Notes under the pieces: generated by a model
Told to the model about the DNA's origin: nothing
The model's input: only the letters and a program-made list of their open reading frames with translations
Database searches by the model: none
Assembly (NCBI GenBank): GCA_030390025.1
Contig: JASTWF010000336.1
Location: forward strand, 62,001 to 126,000
Source: Squalus acanthias
Taxonomy: Eukaryota
Length of the DNA: 64,000 bases
Direction: 5' to 3'
Part shown: positions 50,304 through 61,200 of the stretch, one piece after another
Numbering within the stretch: the first letter of the stretch is position 1
Layout of the letters: each line of letters opens with the position of its first letter
Made by a program: the position numbers and the translations under genes

Positions 50304-52394
50304 ATGGCGAGCACATCTTCGCCGGCGGCGGGGCAAGCAAGGTCGTACGCGGGTGTGGCAGCCACGGCCACAGCTGGTCCCGCTGCTTCTGCTGCCCCGT
50401 CGCCTTTCAGGCTATTGACAAAAAAGCTGGGGGTGAAGAGCTACACTCACCCCAACATGACCATAGAGGCTTGCGTCAAAGCCATGGCTGGGGTAGTCGG
50501 CCCCTCAGCCATCGTTGCGGCCTCTAAAATGTACGGTAAGGCTGTGTTCTTCCTGCGGTCGGAGCGGGCGGTGTCCCTGGCCGTCACCGAGGGGCTCACC
50601 GTGGGCGGGACCTTCCTGCCGGTGGATCCGCTCGAGGCCACCGAGCAGCGACTCATACTATCGAATGTCCCGCCCTTTGTTCCGGTTGAGCTCCTCCTCC
50701 CCCACCTACGTCAACTGGGGGAGGTGAGGTCGGGGATTAATCCGATCCCGCTCGGCTGCAGGGAGGCCAGCCTCCGGCACGTCTTCTCCTTCCGGCGCCA
50801 GCTGTTTATCCAGCTGGCGCGGGAGGAAGACACGGAAGGCGCATTTAGCATAACACACGAGGGGACCGCCTACCGCGTCTTCTGGACGTCGGACGGTGTG
50901 CGGTGCCACGCCTGTAAGGAGGTGGGGCACATAAGAAAGAACTGCCCCGCCTCCAAGGCCGCCAAAGCATCTGAGGCGGCCAAGGCTGGCGCCGCCGCCG
51001 CTCCTCCCCCTGTTTCTGTCCGCGCGTCTGCGACACCCGATGCGCGGTCGACGCCGGAGGTCAACGCCGTCGCGGCCTCCGGCGAAGGGGAGGGGGAGCG
51101 TCCGACTGGAAGGAAGGCGCGGAGGAAAAGCAAACACCTTCAGGCGGGTCCCCTTCACATATATGATGACTTACCCGAGCTTACGCCCCTACACCTTGCG
51201 CGGGTGGCGGCGGAGTTCGAGAATGCGAGGGACCTTGTGCCCGGGCCTGCGGCCGCATCCGCCAAGGCGGCAAAATCGAGACCTGCGGCCGTGACCGGGC
51301 CCGGGACCCCCGAGCAGACCGATCGACAGGGGGGAGCGGAGGTGGAGGCCTCGGTATGCATGGAGGTCTCCCAACCTTCGTGTCCCTCCTCTTCGAAAAG
51401 GAGGCGCGACATCCTGGATGAGGGGGAGGACCGCGAGGAACGGGGTCCCCACTCGCAAGGGGAGTCGTTGCCCGCCGCGGGTGCTGCGCCCCCCCCCACC
51501 GACACCATCACCGACATCCGGCAGGGGTCGCCTGTCCCCCGGGAGGGCATGACAGATGAGTCTGTCCAGCCTGTGCCTCCCGGGGATGGGGGAGAGGCCC
51601 TGCTCATGGGGGGGGGGGCCGCGGAACTACCCGCGGTGGGGAGTTACGCTGATCCGTTGTTTCTCGCCAGGTCGGGCATCCTGGGGACCGGGGCGGGCGA
51701 GGCCGATGAGGCAGAGCCCGCCGTGTACGGTCAGGACCACTCCCAGGCACTGCTCGACCTGGTTGAGCAATATAACCAGGGTACCTGGTCCGCTGGGTCG
51801 GAGGATGGTGGCGGTGAAGGGGAAGGCCCCCTGACTCCGTGTGCGACGCTGGCGCCGGGGTTGTTGAGGGAACTGGCACTAATGTGCTCCCCGGTTTCCC
51901 TGTGCACCCCGGTGCCGGGGGCGGAGGGGGGCCCCGAGCCGCCGCCGCTTCCTGACCCGGCGCCTCTGGAGAAGCCCAGGGAGGACTCCTCTGCTGCCGA
52001 TCCTGGGGGTTGGATCGGGGCAGAGGTAGGGCTGGCCGATGGCGACCCCCCGGAGGAGGACGCGGACCCGGCGGAGGACACTGTGGATGATATGGAATCC
52101 GTCGCCAGTGAGGCGGCGGATGCCCTCGTGCCCTCCTCCGGGTCCCCCCTCATCCCCGTTGTGGAACTCCGGGACTTTGTGGCCATGGGCCAGGGTCGCC
52201 AGGATATAATCCGGCTGGCCATCGATAAATGGTCGGATCTGGCGCTGCTCGTTTGCTCCGTCCGCGCCGCAGTCAAAACCATGGGCGCGGACGGGGGCGT
52301 GGGCCTGGCCGAGCGGCGTCGGATCCAGAATTTCCTCGCTGGGCTTGGAAGGGAGTGGCGGTCGACTAGCGGCCGCGCTCCCTCCTCCCGTTAG
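50304..52394 (+). CDS. Tx1-B ORF1p
   Basis: ATG 50304; CHACKEVGHIRKNC; acidic/Pro-rich C-terminal half. Confidence 0.87.
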   Translation: MASTSSPAAGQARSYAGVAATATAGPAASAAPSPFRLLTKKLGVKSYTHPNMTIEACVKAMAGVVGPSAIVAASKMYGKAVFFLRSERAVSLAVTEGLTVGGTFLPVDPLEATEQRLILSNVPPFVPVELLLPHLRQLGEVRSGINPIPLGCREASLRHVFSFRRQLFIQLAREEDTEGAFSITHEGTAYRVFWTSDGVRCHACKEVGHIRKNCPASKAAKASEAAKAGAAAAPPPVSVRASATPDARSTPEVNAVAASGEGEGERPTGRKARRKSKHLQAGPLHIYDDLPELTPLHLARVAAEFENARDLVPGPAAASAKAAKSRPAAVTGPGTPEQTDRQGGAEVEASVCMEVSQPSCPSSSKRRRDILDEGEDREERGPHSQGESLPAAGAAPPPTDTITDIRQGSPVPREGMTDESVQPVPPGDGGEALLMGGGAAELPAVGSYADPLFLARSGILGTGAGEADEAEPAVYGQDHSQALLDLVEQYNQGTWSAGSEDGGGEGEGPLTPCATLAPGLLRELALMCSPVSLCTPVPGAEGGPEPPPLPDPAPLEKPREDSSAADPGGWIGAEVGLADGDPPEEDADPAEDTVDDMESVASEAADALVPSSGSPLIPVVELRDFVAMGQGRQDIIRLAIDKWSDLALLVCSVRAAVKTMGADGGVGLAERRRIQNFLAGLGREWRSTSGRAPSSR

Positions 52395-52425
52395 AGTAAG
52401 GTAGAGGTTGCACTATGCTCTTGTC

Positions 52426-55400
52426 ATGAAGATAACCATAGCCAGCCTCAACATCAACGGCAGCAAAGAGGCACGCCGTAGATTTAATAACTTCTCGTCC
52501 CTTCGGGAAGGGAGGCATGCGGTGTGCTTCCTGCAGGAAACTCACACCGTTCCGGGAGACGAGGCCACGTGGCTCCTGGAGTGGCGAGGAGGGGTCAGCA
52601 TGAGTCACCTCTCCAACGTTTCCGGTGGGGTGGCTATCTTGCTGGCCCCGCATTTTCAGCCGGAGATCTTGGGGGTCAAGGAGCATGTGCCGGGCCGCTT
52701 GCTCCAGGTCACTGTTCGTCTGGGGGGCGTGCCGCTCCATTTAGTGAACGTGTACGCCCCCCAGCCCGGTGCGCAGCAAGTGCGCTTCTTCGATGAAGTG
52801 TCCGCTCTTCTGGGCACCGTCGACGTCGGCGAGTGCATCATCCTCGGGGGGGATTTTAATTGTACCCTCGAGGCGAGGGACCGTTCGGGCCCTCCGCGAA
52901 GCCTGACGGCGACGGTGAAGTTGAGGGACCTGGTCGGGTCCTTCGACTTGGTGGACGTCTGGCGAAATCTCCATCCCGACTCCAGCGCCTTCACTTGGGT
53001 GGGGTCTGGAGGAGGAAGGTCCAGAATCGACCGCCTTTATATTTCCCGGGCGTACGTCTCCTGCGTTCCGGCGGCTTCCATGCGGCCGGTGCCGTGCACG
53101 GACCACCACCTGGTGTGGGCGGAGCTCGCTCCGTTGCAGGCGCCGGGGGGGTCCGCGTACTGGCATTTTAACAACCTGCTGCTGGAGGACGTGCGGTTCC
53201 GGGATTCGTTTCGCCGGTTCTGGGCCGACTGGAGAAGGAAGCAGGGGGGCTTCCCCTCCTTGAGGCTATGGTGGGACGTGGGCAAGGCTCACGTCCGTCT
53301 CTTCTGTCAGGAGTACGCGAAGGGGTCGACCAAGAGGCGGGAGGCCCGGGTCGGGCGATTGGAGAAAGAAGTGCTCGACCTGGAGTCCCGTCTCGGTCAA
53401 GTCGTCGAAGACCCGGCCCTGCGGAAGGTGTACGAAGAGAAGAAGGGCGCGCTGAAGGACCTGCAGCTGGTCGGGTCCCGAGGCGCGTACGTGAGGTCGC
53501 GGATCCAGTTCCTGCGGGACCTGGACCGCGGCTCCCCCTTCTTCTACTCGCTGGAAAAAAGACGAGGGGTCCGTAAGCAGCTCTTGGGGCTGCTGGCCGA
53601 CGACGGATCTCTGGTCTCGGATCCGGAGGGGATCAGCGCGGGGACCCGGGCCTATTACGGGGCTCTGTTCTCTCCGGATCCGTCCAGCGAGGATGCGCGC
53701 AGAGTTTTGTGGGAGGACCTGCCGAAGGTCGGCCCGGAGGGCGCCGAGGAATTGGACGCTCCGCTAAGTTTGGCGGAGCTGACCGGCGCCCTGCGCCAGC
53801 TCTCGAGGGGAAAGTCCCCGGGGCTGGACGGGCTGACCGTGGAGTTCCACAGGGCGTTCTGGGACGTCTTGGGGGGCGACTACGCGCGGGTCCTGGGGGA
53901 AAGTCTGGCGACCGGGGAGATGCCCCTCTCTTGGCGCAGGGCGGTTATCGTCCTGCTGCCCAAGAGGGGTGATCTCCGCCTTTTAAAAAACTGGCGCCCG
54001 GTCTCCCTCCTCAGCACGGACTATAACATTTTTGCCAGGGCCATGTCTGCCCGCCTCGGCACCGTGCTGGCCCACATGATCCACCCCGACCAGTCCTACA
54101 CGGTCCCGGGCCGGACAATCCATGACAACATCCATCTGGTCCGGGACCTGGTCCACCTTTCCCAGAGGACTGGTCTGTCGGTCGCCTTCCTTTCCCTGGA
54201 TCAGGAGAAGGCGTTCGACAGGGTGGATCACGAGTATCTCTTCGGGACTCTGCGCGCATTCGGGTTCGGGACGCATTTCGTCGCCCGGATCCGACTTCTG
54301 TACGCCGCCGCGGAGTGTCTGATTAAAGTTAACGGGTCTTTGACGGCGCCCCTTCGCTTCGGGAGGGGGGTGCGTCAGGGATGCCCCATGTCCGGTCAGT
54401 TATATGCCGTTTGCGTGGAGCCTTTCCTGCGCCTCTTGCGGAAGAGGTTGACGGGACTGGCTCTGCAAGGGCCGGGCGTGGAGGTGGTCCTCTCGGCTTA
54501 CGCCGATGACGTGCTCCTCATGGTCACGGATCCCGTCGACCTGCGGAGGATGCGAGAATGCCAGCAGATTTACTCGGACGCATCCTCCGCCAGGATCAAC
54601 TGGGAGAAATGTTCTGGACTCCTGGTGGGCCAGTGGCGGGTGGACTCCCTGCCGGAGGAGTTCAGGCCCTTCGCCTGGAGCACAACACACCTCCTCTACT
54701 TGGGAGTCTACCTCAGCCCTGCCGAGGACACCTGGCCGGCGAACTGGCAAGAGCTGGAGGCCAAGGTCACCGCTCGCCTAGGACGCTGGACGGTGTTGCT
54801 CCGAGTGTTGTCCTACAGGGGTCGAGCGCTGGTCATAAACCAGCTGGTGGCCGCCATGTTGTGGTACCGGTTGGTCACTTTGATCCCTCCCCCTGCGTTT
54901 GTCGCCAAGATACAGAAGATGCTCATCGACTTCTTCTGGGACAAAAGGAAGCACTGGGTCTCTGCCGCGGTTCTGTGTCTCCCGCTTAGGGAGGGCGGTC
55001 AGGCGCTGGTGTGCCTTCGCACCCAGGCGGCGACTTTCCGTCTTCAGACGCTGCAGAGGTACCTTTACGTCGAGAATCCTCCCAGATGGTGTGCGCTGGC
55101 GACGTATTTCTTCCGCCAGATGCACGGCCTCAACTACGACACGCAGCTCCTGTTTGTGGAATTGGGCCGCACGCGAGCCTACCTGTGGGAGCTGCCTGTC
55201 TTTTACCAGGAACTGCTATGGGTCTGGAACCAGGTCGCCTCCAGGCGGAGTTCTCCCCCGTCAGGAGTGGCGGCTCTCCTTCGGGAGCCGCTGTTCAGGA
55301 ATCCGCACCTCCACGTCCGACGGATCGGCTGGCTGGCGGAGGGCAGGGCTGTGCCAGGCAAGGTGACCAGAGTCAGGGACCTGCTCGATGGCGGAGGAGC

Positions 55401-56325
55401 GGGCTGGATGGCGCCGGAGGAGTTGGCGCGGCGCCTCTCCTGGGTAGACGTCTGGCGCGCGGCCAAAGCCATCGAGTTGCTGAAAGTGGCACTGGGCCCG
55501 GACTCCACTAGGTGTATCGAGGAGGCTCAAGCACGTGGGGCGATCCCGTCCGAACTGACCTCCGTTCGGACGGAATTCCTCATCGGCGCACGGCCCCGAA
55601 ACCCCTCTCGGGAACCGGTGCCTCACAACTTGAGCCGTCTCGGGGAAATGCCCTCCGTGCCCTTCAGTTCTGCACGGAGGGGTTTCCTGTACGGGCTGCT
55701 CCTGCACACTTTCCACTTTGTCATCTTCGCCTGCCGTCCGGACACGCCTTGGCGTGCCATCTTGCCGTCCGGCGGAGGCGAAGGTCCCCAATGGAGGGCT
55801 CTCTATGCGGGAGTACTCCCCTTTTCTATTGGGGACATGGCCTGGAGGGTGTTGCACGGAGCAGTCCCGTGCAATCGGTTTTTAAGTAGGTTCACGGACT
55901 CCCAGGCCGCCTGTCATTTTTGCGGCCTCGAGGAGTCCGTGTTCCACGTTTATGTGGAATGTGAGAGGTTGCAGCCCCTCTTTGAATATTTGAAGGGGCT
56001 GCTCCTCGCTTTTTGGTTGCACTTCAGTCCCACGCTCCTGATCTACGGTCACCCGGTGCGGAGGGGAGAGAGCAGGTCGGAGGACCTCCTCGTAGGACTG
56101 CTCCTGGGCCTGGCCAAAGTGGCCATTAACAGGTCCAGGCAGCGGGCGGTCGAGGGGGTCGTTCGGCCCAATTGCCTACCTCTCTTCCGCGGCTATGTTC
56201 GCGCCCGGGTGGCCCTGGAGATGGAGCATGCGGTGTCCGCCGGCACACTTGAAGCCTTCCGAGACCGGTGGGCGCCGCAGGGACTGGAGTGCATCGTTTC
56301 CCCGGGAAATGTTATTTTAATTTAA
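52426..56325 (+). CDS. Tx1-B ORF2p: APE + RT + zinc finger
   Basis: SLNING, LQETH, GGDFN, TDH; DQEKAFD, GVRQGCP, YADD; CHFCGLEESVFHVYVEC. Confidence 0.93.
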   Translation: MKITIASLNINGSKEARRRFNNFSSLREGRHAVCFLQETHTVPGDEATWLLEWRGGVSMSHLSNVSGGVAILLAPHFQPEILGVKEHVPGRLLQVTVRLGGVPLHLVNVYAPQPGAQQVRFFDEVSALLGTVDVGECIILGGDFNCTLEARDRSGPPRSLTATVKLRDLVGSFDLVDVWRNLHPDSSAFTWVGSGGGRSRIDRLYISRAYVSCVPAASMRPVPCTDHHLVWAELAPLQAPGGSAYWHFNNLLLEDVRFRDSFRRFWADWRRKQGGFPSLRLWWDVGKAHVRLFCQEYAKGSTKRREARVGRLEKEVLDLESRLGQVVEDPALRKVYEEKKGALKDLQLVGSRGAYVRSRIQFLRDLDRGSPFFYSLEKRRGVRKQLLGLLADDGSLVSDPEGISAGTRAYYGALFSPDPSSEDARRVLWEDLPKVGPEGAEELDAPLSLAELTGALRQLSRGKSPGLDGLTVEFHRAFWDVLGGDYARVLGESLATGEMPLSWRRAVIVLLPKRGDLRLLKNWRPVSLLSTDYNIFARAMSARLGTVLAHMIHPDQSYTVPGRTIHDNIHLVRDLVHLSQRTGLSVAFLSLDQEKAFDRVDHEYLFGTLRAFGFGTHFVARIRLLYAAAECLIKVNGSLTAPLRFGRGVRQGCPMSGQLYAVCVEPFLRLLRKRLTGLALQGPGVEVVLSAYADDVLLMVTDPVDLRRMRECQQIYSDASSARINWEKCSGLLVGQWRVDSLPEEFRPFAWSTTHLLYLGVYLSPAEDTWPANWQELEAKVTARLGRWTVLLRVLSYRGRALVINQLVAAMLWYRLVTLIPPPAFVAKIQKMLIDFFWDKRKHWVSAAVLCLPLREGGQALVCLRTQAATFRLQTLQRYLYVENPPRWCALATYFFRQMHGLNYDTQLLFVELGRTRAYLWELPVFYQELLWVWNQVASRRSSPPSGVAALLREPLFRNPHLHVRRIGWLAEGRAVPGKVTRVRDLLDGGGAGWMAPEELARRLSWVDVWRAAKAIELLKVALGPDSTRCIEEAQARGAIPSELTSVRTEFLIGARPRNPSREPVPHNLSRLGEMPSVPFSSARRGFLYGLLLHTFHFVIFACRPDTPWRAILPSGGGEGPQWRALYAGVLPFSIGDMAWRVLHGAVPCNRFLSRFTDSQAACHFCGLEESVFHVYVECERLQPLFEYLKGLLLAFWLHFSPTLLIYGHPVRRGESRSEDLLVGLLLGLAKVAINRSRQRAVEGVVRPNCLPLFRGYVRARVALEMEHAVSAGTLEAFRDRWAPQGLECIVSPGNVILI

Positions 56326-56347
56326 TGCACTCCAAGTTGTCCGCTTC

Positions 56348-56935
56348 GCAGAAGGCCCAAGGTGGAAGACCCGGAGGAGAGTGGCCTGGGCGGGAGGCCC
56401 AGCACGGAGAACCCCAGGCGGGGGGCCCAGGGCGGGGTGGCTGGTCGGCAGAGGTGGAGTCAGGAGATGCGGTTGCTTCACCCCGGGTGCTCGCGGGGAA
56501 TGCCGGTGCGGAGGGTCCGGTGAAGAAGGCCCGAGGTGGAAGACCCAGAGGAGAGTGGCCTGGGCGGGAGGCCCAGCACGGAGAACCCCAGGCGGGGGGC
56601 CCAGGGCGGGGCGGCAGGTCGGCAGAGGTGGAGTCGGGAGATGCGGTTGCTTCACCCCGGGCTGCTCGTGGGGAATGCCGGTGCGGAGGGTCCGGTGCAG
56701 AAGGCCCAAGGTGGAAGACCCAGAGGAGAGTGGCCTGGGCGGGAGGCCCAGCACGGAGAACCCCAGGCGGGGGGCCCAGGGCGGGGCGGCTGGTCGGCAG
56801 AGGTGGAGTCGGGAGATGCGGTTGATTCACCCCGGCTGCTCGCGGGGAATGCCGGTGTGGAGGGTCCGGTGCAGAAGGCCCAAGGTGGAAGACCCGGAGG
56901 AGAGTGGCCTGGGCGGGAGGCCCAGCACGGAGAAC
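56348..56935 (+). repeat. GC-rich tandem repeat, 174-175-bp unit, ~3.4 copies
   Basis: Unit starts at 56348, 56522, 56697, 56871. Confidence 0.92.
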
Positions 56936-57223
56936 AATTGAGTGGATGGTCGGGTGGGTGGTGCCAGTGGGACTGGCGCGGAACAGGTTTCTTGGGTTAT
57001 TGGAGTGGATGTTATATGTAGCATTTAGTTGGATTGTGATGGTGCTATGTGTTTGTACACTGTGGTGTTGAAATGGGTTGTTTTATGTGGAGTTAAGTGA
57101 GATGTATTATTTTAATATAAAAAAAAAAGTGTGGTACTGTTTGGGGGTATTTGTACTGTATTTTGATGGATGAATGTAATGGTTTTACTATGTAATTTGT
57201 ATTATTGGTTTGAATAAAAGATT

Positions 57224-57610
57224 CACACACCCCTTGGATGTTCCGGCCTTCTTCTTTTTCTTCTTTCCTCCCCCCACCTACAAAACAAAGTCTCTGGGAG
57301 AGTGCACCAGAATCACACCCACCTGTAGCTGTTGTTCTTTCCTTCCTTCCTCCTTCCAAACAGATGATGGATGTTTTGTTGTTTTCTCCCCTCTCTCCCT
57401 CTCCTAAAATGGAGGCCAATTGAGGAGGCAGTGTGGAAAGGCCTCTCCTCTGTTGTTAATGGCCTTGGCCTTCCTTTCCTTCTTTTCTTTCTCCTCTCCT
57501 GTCCTCTCTCTCCAGGCACCTCAGTAGTGGTTGTTGGTTGTGGTCTGCTGTCTCCTTCTCCTTCTCCTCTTCCTGCTCACAGAGACCACCACTCTGCTGC
57601 TGCTGCTCAC
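57224..57610 (-). mobile_element. Displaced 5' UTR of Tx1-A
   Basis: Reverse complement resembles Tx1-B 5' UTR ~49480-49790. Confidence 0.7.
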
Positions 57611-57670
57611 CACAAGCTTGTGATTTCAAATAAAGCTGTTGGACTATGACCTGGTGTTGTGCGACTTCTC
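57611..57670 (+). mobile_element. Penelope pLTR remnant, right arm
   Basis: Matches 28681-28737. Confidence 0.75.
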
Positions 57671-57675
57671 ATTTC

Positions 57676-58250
57676 TGTACAACTGCAGCAGGACATCCCT
57701 GTTCCTATACTCAAACCCTTTCGCTATGAAGGCCAACATACCATTTCCCTTCTTCACCGCCTGCTGCACCTGCATGCTTACCTTCAGCGACTGGTGCACA
57801 AGGACACCCAGGTCTCGTTGCACTTCCCCTTCTCCCAATCTATTGCCATTCAGATAATAGACTGCCTTTCTGTCTTTGACACCAAAGTGGATAACCTCAC
57901 ATTTATCCACGTTATATTGCATCTGCCACGCTTCTGCCCACTCACACAACCTGTCCAAATCATCCTGGAGTTTCTCGGTACCCTCTTCGCAGCACACACG
58001 CCCACCCAGCTTTGTGTCATCAGCAAACTTGGAGGTATTACATTTAGTTCCCTTATCTAGATCATTAATGTATATTGTGAATAGCTGGGGTCCAAGGACC
58101 GATCACTGCGGTACCCCACTAGTCACTGCCTGCCACTCTGAAAAAGACCCATTAATTCCTACTCTCTGCTTTCTGTCCGCCAACCAGTTCTCTATCCAAG
58201 TCAATACCTTGCCCCCAATCCCATGTGCCTTAACTTTACCTGCTAATCTC
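57676..58250 (-). mobile_element. CR1 fragment (continues 62475-62512)
   Basis: Similar to 34001-34600; ORF 57644-57997. Confidence 0.85.
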
Positions 58251-61200
58251 GAAGGGCGATCTCCGCCTACTTAAGAACTGGCGCCCGGTCTCCCTCCTCA
58301 GCATGGACTACAAAATTTTTGCCATGGCTATGTCTACTCGCCTTGGCACCGTGCTGGCCCACATGGACCACCCCGACCAGTCCTACACGGTCCCGGGCCG
58401 GAGCATCCACGACAACATCCATCTGGTCTGGGACCTGGTCCACCATTCCCAGAGGGCTGGTCTGTCGGTCGCCTTCCTTTCCCTGGATCAGGAGAAGGCG
58501 TTCGACAGGGTGGATCACGAGTATCTTTTCGTGACTCTGCGCGCATTCGGGTTCGGGACGCATTTCGTCGCCCGGATCCGACTTCTGTACGCCGCTGCGG
58601 AGTGTCTGATTAAAGTTAACGGGTCTTTGACGGCGCCCCTTCGCTTCGGGAGGCGGGTGCATCAGGGATGCCCCATGTCCGGTCAGTTATACGCCGTTTG
58701 CGTGGAGCCTTTCCTGCGCCTCTTGCGGAAGAGGTTGATGGGACTGGCTCTGCAAGGGCCGGGCGTGGAGGTCGTCCTCTCGGCTTACGCCGATGATGTG
58801 CTCCTCGCGGTCACGGATCCCGTTGACTTGCGGAGGATGCGAGAATGCCAGCAGATTTACTTGGACGCATCCTCTGCCAGGATCAACTGGGAGAAATGTT
58901 CTGGACTCCTGGTGGGCCTGTGGCGGGTGGACTCCCTGCCGGAGGAGTTCAGGCCCTTCGCCTGGAGCACCACGTACCTCCTCTACTTGGGAGTCTACCT
59001 CAGCCCCGCCGAGGATGCCTGGCCGGCGAACTGGCAAGAGCTGGAGGCCAAAGTCACCGCTCGCCTAGGGTGCTGGACAGGACTGCTCCGAGTGTTCTCC
59101 TACACAGGACTGGTGAAAACCAAAGTTGGTCCATTGCAGTCAGATACGGGGGAATATATAACGGGAAATAAGGAAATGGCAGACCAACTAAATGCATACT
59201 TTGGGTCAGTCTTTACGAAGGAAGACACAAAAAACCTCCCTGGGATATCGGGAAAAATAGGGACATTGGCAAAGGAGGAACTGACGCAAATCAATATCTC
59301 TAAGGATATGGTGTTAAGGAAGCTAAAGGGATTGAAGGCGGACAAATCCCCAGGGCCTGATAACATGCATCCTAGGGTACTGAAGGAGGTGGCCCTAGAG
59401 ATAGCGGATGCACTAAGTATGATTTTTCAGAATTCATTAGACTCGGGAACAGTGCCCATGGATTGGAGGGTAGCTAACGTTACCCCACTATTCAAAAAGG
59501 GGGGTAGGGGAAAAGCAGGTAATTACAGACCTGTAAGCCTTACATCAGTTGTGGGCAAAATGCTGGAGTCCATCATTAAGGATGAAATAGCGGAGCACTT
59601 AGCAAATGGGGACAGGATAGGACAGAGTCAACATGGATTTACAAAGGGTAAATCGTGCTTGACTAATCTATTGGAATTTTTTGAGGGAGTAACTGATAAA
59701 ATAGATGGGGGAGAGCCAGTAGATGTGGTGTACCTGGACTTCCAAAAGGCCTTCGACAAGGTCCCACATAAAAGATTAGCATGGAAAATTGAAGCTCATG
59801 GGATAAAGGGGAAAGTATTGACGTGGATAGAGAACTGGCTGTCAGATAGGAAACAGAGAGTTGGAATAAACGGCTCATTTTCTGAATGGCAGGCAGTAAC
59901 AAGTGGGGTACCGCAGGGATCTGTCCTGGGTCCCCAGCTGTTCACAATTTACATTAATGACCTGGATCAGGGAGTCGGATGCAGCATTTCCAAATTTGCA
60001 GACGACACTAAACTAGGAGGGGGGGTGGGCTCAGAGGAGGAGACCAGGAAGCTCCAGAGCGATTTGGACAGACTGGGTGATTGGGCGGATAAATGGCAGA
60101 TGCACTATAATGTGGACAAGTGCGAAGTTATCCACCTTGGGTGCAGGAACGGGAGGGCAAATTATTATTTAAATGGCAATAAATTGGGAGAGGGGGAAGT
60201 ACAGAGAGACCTGGGTGTTCTTGTACACCAGTCACTGAAGGCGAGCATGCAGGTGCAACAGGCGGTCAAGAAGGCAAACGGTATGCTGGCCTTCATAGCA
60301 AAAGGGTTGGAATACAGGAACAGGGATACCTTGCTGCAGCTGTACAGGGCACTGGTGAGACCACACCTCGAGTACTGTGTACAGTTTTGGTCGCCTCATC
60401 TGAGGAAAGATGTTCTTGCCATGGAGGGGGTGCAGCGGCGATTCACCAGGCTGATACCAGGAATGGCGGGATTGACCTATGAGGAGAGACTATGTAGTTT
60501 AGGGATGTACACACTGGAGTTTAGAAGATTGAGAGGGGACCTCATAGAAGTGTATAAAATTCTGACAGGTCTAGACAGACTACATGCAGAAGGAATGTTT
60601 CCCTTGGCGGGTGAGAACAGAACTAGAGGACATAATTTAAGGATAAGGGCTAAACCATTTAGGACAGAAATGAGGGGGAATTTCTTCACTCAGAGGGTGG
60701 TGAACCTGTGGAACTCATTGCCACAGAGGGCAGTGTACGCCAGCTCATTAAATATATTTAAGAGGGAATTAGATATATTTCTACAGGCAAAAGGGGTTAA
60801 GGGTTACGGAGAGAAGGCGGGGACGGGATACTGAATTGGAGGATCAGCCATGATCTCATTAAATGGCGGAGCAGGCTCGAAGGGCCGGCTGGCCTACTCC
60901 TGCTCCTATCTTCTATGTATCTATGTATCTATGTATGTTGTGGTACCGGTTGGTCACTTTGAACCCTCCCCCTGCGTTTGTCACCAAGATGCAGAAGAAG
61001 CTCGTCGACTTCTTCTGGGACAAAAGGAAGCACTGGGTCTCTGCCGCGGTTCTGAGTCTCCCGCTTAGGGAGGGCGGTCAGGCGCTGGTGTGCCTTCGCA
61101 CCCAGGCGGCAACTTTCCGTCTTCAGACGCTGCAGAGGTACCTGTACATGGAGAATCCTCCTAGGTGGCATGCGCTGGCGACGTATTTCTTCCGCCAGCT

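Larger units (their letters stand above)
49278..57223 (+). mobile_element. Full-length intact Tx1-clade LINE B, antisense inside Tx1-A
   Basis: 10-bp TSD CACACACCCC (49268-49277, 57224-57233); both ORFs open. Confidence 0.88.

Noticed and set aside
43047..55889. Many overlapping and antisense ORFs
   Set aside because: Expected shadows of GC-rich Tx1 coding sequence
56268..57024. ORF3 encoded by the 174-bp repeat
   Set aside because: Open in most frames due to GC content; the 175-bp unit breaks frame
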